Shown here piece by piece: positions 60,345 through 64,000 of a stretch of 64,000 bases of DNA. The position numbers and the translations under genes were made by a program. The first letter of the stretch is position 1; each line of letters begins with the position of its first letter. This DNA is from Somniosus microcephalus (lineage: Eukaryota): contig CM126211.1 of NCBI GenBank assembly GCA_052327205.1, forward strand, positions 226,424,001 through 226,488,000, in the 5' to 3' direction. The notes below the pieces were generated by a model. That model was given only the letters and a program-made list of their open reading frames with translations. It was not told where the DNA came from and searched no databases.

Positions 60345-61289
60345 GCGTCTTTAACATAGTAAAAAGTGCCGAGGCATTTCACTGGAGTGCAATCAGACAA
60401 ATTTTGACATTGAGCCAAAGAATTAGGATAGGTGACCAAAAGAGGTATTAAGCAGTGTCTTAAAGGAGGAGAGAGAGGTAGAGAGGTGGAGAGGTTTAGG
60501 GAAGCGATTCCAGAGCTTGGGGCCCAGGCAACTGAAGTCACGGCCGTCAATGGAGGGGCCAAAGCAGTCATGGAATGTTCAAGCGGCCAGAATTGGATGA
60601 GCACAGATATTTTGTAGGGTCTCAGTTTTCACACCTCATCCGAAAGGCAGCACCTCTGACAGTAGCACTCCCTCAGTACTGCACTCGAGTATCAGCCGAG
60701 ATTTTATGCTCAAGCGAGTGCAGGTATGATGAGTGAACGGAGCTTGGGGCGATTTAGGATATAGGCATGTCATCTTTATTATCTATATATAAGGTCCCGT
60801 CTTAATTGCCTCCTTTCAAAAAAAAATTCTCAGGATGTGGACAACACTGGCAAGGTGGGCTGGACATTGAAGGAAAACGTAGGAGGAGGATGATGTGGGC
60901 AACCGTGTCAAAGGTTCATGTGAAGATAGGTCAAGGAGGACGAGGAAGTATAGTTCACCATGGTCACAGTTACGCAGGAAATCATTTGTGACTTTGATAA
61001 GGGCCGTTTCAGTTCTGTGGCAGGGGCAGAAACCTGATTGAAGAGATTAAAACATGGAGTTACGGGAAAGATGGGCATGGATTTGGAAGCGGCAACACGT
61101 TCAAGGACTTTGGCGAGGAAAGGGAAGTTGGAGATGGGAAGATAGCTTTCAAGGACAGAGGGGGGTCAGGGTTTGTTTTATTGAGGAGTGGGGCGATAAT
61201 GGCTGCTTTGAAAGGAAATGGCAGTACCTGAGGAGAGGGGAACCGTTACAATAACAGCCAGCAGAGGGGCCAGGAAGGAACATTGGGCG

Positions 61290-61417
61290 CAATGTTCCCC
61301 CTAATTTTAAATTTGGGTGGGCAGTCCCTTGAACGGGCCGTGTGGCCCATTCAAAGTTTTGCGCGTGTGCGAACTTTCACATTGGAAAAGCCGGTCCCAG
61401 GCTTAGAGGGAACGTTG
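61290..61417. mobile_element. hAT-type MITE, same family as 56664-56808
   Basis: TIRs CAATGTTCCCCCTAA / TTAGAGGGAACGTTG; 8-bp flanks ATTGGGCG/GTTGGGTG (6/8). Confidence 0.75.
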
Positions 61418-61469
61418 GTTGGGTGGTCATCAGTTTAGTGGGAATGGGGTCAAGGGAGCAAGAGGTGGG

Positions 61470-61696
61470 TGACGTAAGAAAACTATTAGGCATTTGGTCT
61501 AAGTGTTAAACAAAGCTTTAATCAACTGTTTTACAACATGGAGGTCTAGTTGTGTCCTTCACTAGTTCCTGTTAAGAATGTCCTGCACAAGCTGGGCCCG
61601 TGCCCGAGTATTTATACTCTCCCTGGACAGCGCCACCCGTAGGCCGGTCAGTATTATTTCATAAGTCTCTCTTTCATGAATGACTGATTTATGTCA
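61470..61696 (-). mobile_element. Solo LTR (227 bp), same family as 60150-60344, opposite orientation
   Basis: TGAC...GTCA termini, perfect 5-bp TSD GTGGG; reverse complement of the 60150 copy plus ~32 bp. Confidence 0.88.
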
Positions 61697-62117
61697 GTGG
61701 GTCTGATGGACAAGATGAACTTGGAGATAAGATGAGAGACAGGAGAGAAACTACAGAAGGATGCAGGATCAGGGCTAAGGGCAGGGTGGAGCCTGGGGGT
61801 GGGGGGTGGGTGGCGGGGGAGGGTGGTGGAGGGGAGGTTCGGTTCGGTGGGCAAGGGCAAGGGGAGGAAGCCGTGGAAGCAGCTGAATGGATGGTTTCAA
61901 TCTCAGTGACAAAGCAGTCCGTGAGCTCCTCGCACTTGTTGTTGGAGGTGAGGGTGGAGGGGGCAGAGGAGAGACGGGGTTTAAGGAGACGGTTGGTAGT
62001 GGAGTAAAGAAGCCGAGGGTTATCTTTGCTTTCCAAGATGATCGTGGAGTAGTCGTTGGAAATAATTACCTTAACAAAATAAACAGTTGCATTAGAACAT
62101 AAGAAATAGGAGCAGGT

Positions 62118-62559
62118 CCTTTTCACGACCTCAGGACATCCCAAAGCGCTTTACAGCCAGTGAAGTACTTTTTGAAGTGTAGTCACTGTTGTAATGTAGG
62201 AAACACGGCAGCTAATTTACGCACAGCAAGCTCCCACAAACAGCAATGCGATAATGACTGGATAATATTTTTTTGTTGATGTTGATTAGAGATATAAATA
62301 TTGGCCAGGACACCGGGGAGGACTCCCCAGCTCTTCTTCGAAATAGTGCCATGAGATCTTTTACGTCCACCCGAGAGAGCAGACGGGGCCTCGGTTTAAT
62401 GTCTCATCCGAACGACAGCATCCCCGACAGTGCAGCACTCCCTCAGCATTGCACTGGAGTGCCAGCCTGGATTTTTGTGCTCAAGTCTCTGGAGTGGGAC
62501 TTAAACCCACAACCTTCTGACTCAGAGGCAAGAGTGATACCCACTGAGCCACGGCTGGC
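62118..62559 (-). mobile_element. SacSINE1-like SINE, near full length
   Basis: Head GCCAGCCGTGGCTCAGTGGG, Deu core, tail. Confidence 0.87.
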
Positions 62560-62580
62560 AAGATCAACCGCCTCAAATTC

Positions 62581-62668
62581 TGGCAGTGGTGGGATTACAA
62601 ACCCATACACACCCCCAATAGAGGCTGGAGCCTTAATCCAGCGCCTTAGACCGCTCGGCCACACTACC
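62581..62668 (-). pseudogene. tRNA-Leu(AAG) pseudogene or tRNA-Leu-derived SINE head
   Basis: GGTAGTGTGGCCGAGCGGTCTAAGGCGCTGGATTAAGGCTCCAG...GGGTTTGTAATCCCACCACTGCCA follows vertebrate tRNA-Leu(AAG); insertions in variable arm and damaged T-loop/B box. Confidence 0.85.
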
Positions 62669-63085
62669 ACAGTAGGTCATTCGGCCCCTCGAGCCTGCTC
62701 CGCCATTCAATAAGACCATGGCTGATCTTCGAGCTCAAGTCCACTTTCCCGCCCGATCCCCACATCCCCTGCTTTCTGTTATAGACCTAGATCTATACTG
62801 CACAGGAAATGAAACCAGGCTGATAGTCTGTGATGACAAAAATAAACCCATTAGCACATAAGTACTGTGCTGTAGAGGTGTGTCGCAACCATGTCTGCTG
62901 CTAATCCCACGGCATTAATATAAAATCATTTCTATGCAGTCATGAAACAGGAAACGCCTGAAACAGGAGGGTTCAGGATTTCTGTCTGCATTGGCTGCCT
63001 GGGCCCTAAGCTCTGAAATTCCCTCTCTAAACCTCTCCGCCTCTCTAACTCTCTTTCCTCCTTTAAGTCGCTCCTTAAACACTAC

Positions 63086-63865
63086 GGGGGAAAAATTTGT
63101 TTGGTTAGCGCCTCCCGCTAACGCCTCCAGGGGGCGCTAGGAACTTCGCGCCCGAGTGTGGCGATTTTAGCGCCGCTCGCAAAATTGACCAGTCGCTTTG
63201 CGGTGGCGCGCAACACTACCGCCACAATCTCCTGCGCCCGCAGTTCGTGACGTCAGTCAAGCGTGCAACGCCCCAGTAGCACCCCAGATTGGATATTGAG
63301 TCGCGCCCCCTGCCTTAGCGCCTGCCGCTAGGAACGACAAGTAGAGGGGAACGTTTTCAAGTCGGGAAGGGGATTAAAAGGCGGGCACTTCCTGCCTTTT
63401 CTTGTCGGCAACATTTTTGGTTTTAACGCTGTCCTAAGGAGTTTTGGCCCTCAGCATCACTTTTGAGGTTCCTAAGCGCCAAGCTCTTTCCCTGGGCCTA
63501 TCCATTAGTGCTTCCAACACAATTGCTTTCGAGGTCTCTCCAGGCCGAGATTCAAGGCTGCAATGAGCAGGGTGTGGCTGGCCAGCAAGATGGCCCCTCC
63601 CCTTTAAGAACTGGACGGCGCCAGTCTGTCTGGCTTCCATGGTAACGGGCATCGCCTGAGCTTCGGTAGCGTTCTGAGGTAGCGCCTGGCTCCCTGATGT
63701 TAGCATCTTAAGAGAGGTGTGTAGCGCCTGATTTAGCGCTCAAATCACCCCCAGGGGCGATAGAGGCACATTTTGCAGTCGGAGGTGATAATTAGCGACA
63801 GGCGCTAAACTTTGGTGCCGGCCGATATTAGCGCCCCAAAATGGGCGATACCAAATTTTTCCTCC
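63086..63865. mobile_element. Harbinger-type MITE inserted in an L2 3' end (62995-64000)
   Basis: 14-bp TIRs GGGGGAAAAATTTG / CAAATTTTTCCTCC; 3-bp TSD TAC; many TAGCGCC subterminal motifs; L2 tail rejoins across it. Confidence 0.85.
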
Positions 63866-64000
63866 TACCTCTTTGACCAAGCTTTTGGTCATCTGCCCTA
63901 ATATCTCCTTATGTGGCTCGGTGTCAAATTTTATTTGATAATCACTTCTGTGAGGTGCCTTGGGATGTTTTACTAGGTTAAAGGTGCTGTATAAATACAG

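Larger units (their letters stand above)
60345..62062 (-). mobile_element. Degraded L2 LINE fragments hosting LTR and MITE insertions
   Basis: L2 tail 60345-60620; YSTIILESKDNPRLLYSTTNRLLKP...KCEEL..FV.EIETI in ORF 61689-62144. Confidence 0.7.

Noticed and set aside
62581-62668. Functional tRNA-Leu gene
   Set aside because: T-loop/B box disrupted (GGTTTGTAATCC) and variable arm has insertions; called a pseudogene

Overview
Vertebrate genomic DNA, very likely a cartilaginous fish (shark or ray), inferred from HE1/V-SINE-like, SacSINE1/Deu-SINE-like and HER1/CR1-type repeats. One clear host gene is present: TSKU (tsukushi), a single coding exon at 26669-27748 on the minus strand, with a probable non-coding first exon and CpG-rich promoter near 35.7-36.1 kb. 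Most of the remainder is nested mobile DNA: CR1, L2 and RTE LINE fragments, an A-rich LINE with an intact 630-aa RT ORF, two Penelope-like copies each ending in a minimal hammerhead-ribozyme motif, several SINE families, solo LTRs, hAT and Harbinger-type MITEs, and two PIF/Harbinger elements. The first Harbinger retains an apparently intact, spliced 3-exon Myb/SANT gene (503 aa) that the ORF track breaks into pieces. There are also three tandem arrays (two visibly derived from LINE coding sequence), a ~2 kb tandem duplication with a filled/empty CR1 site, and a tRNA-Leu(AAG) pseudogene joined to a SINE. I see no convincing wholly new biological system; the best leads are the intact Harbinger Myb gene, the ribozyme motifs, the LINE-born minisatellites, the possible foreign LINE and the tRNA-SINE composite. 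Repeat family names are from recalled consensus similarity, not from database searches.
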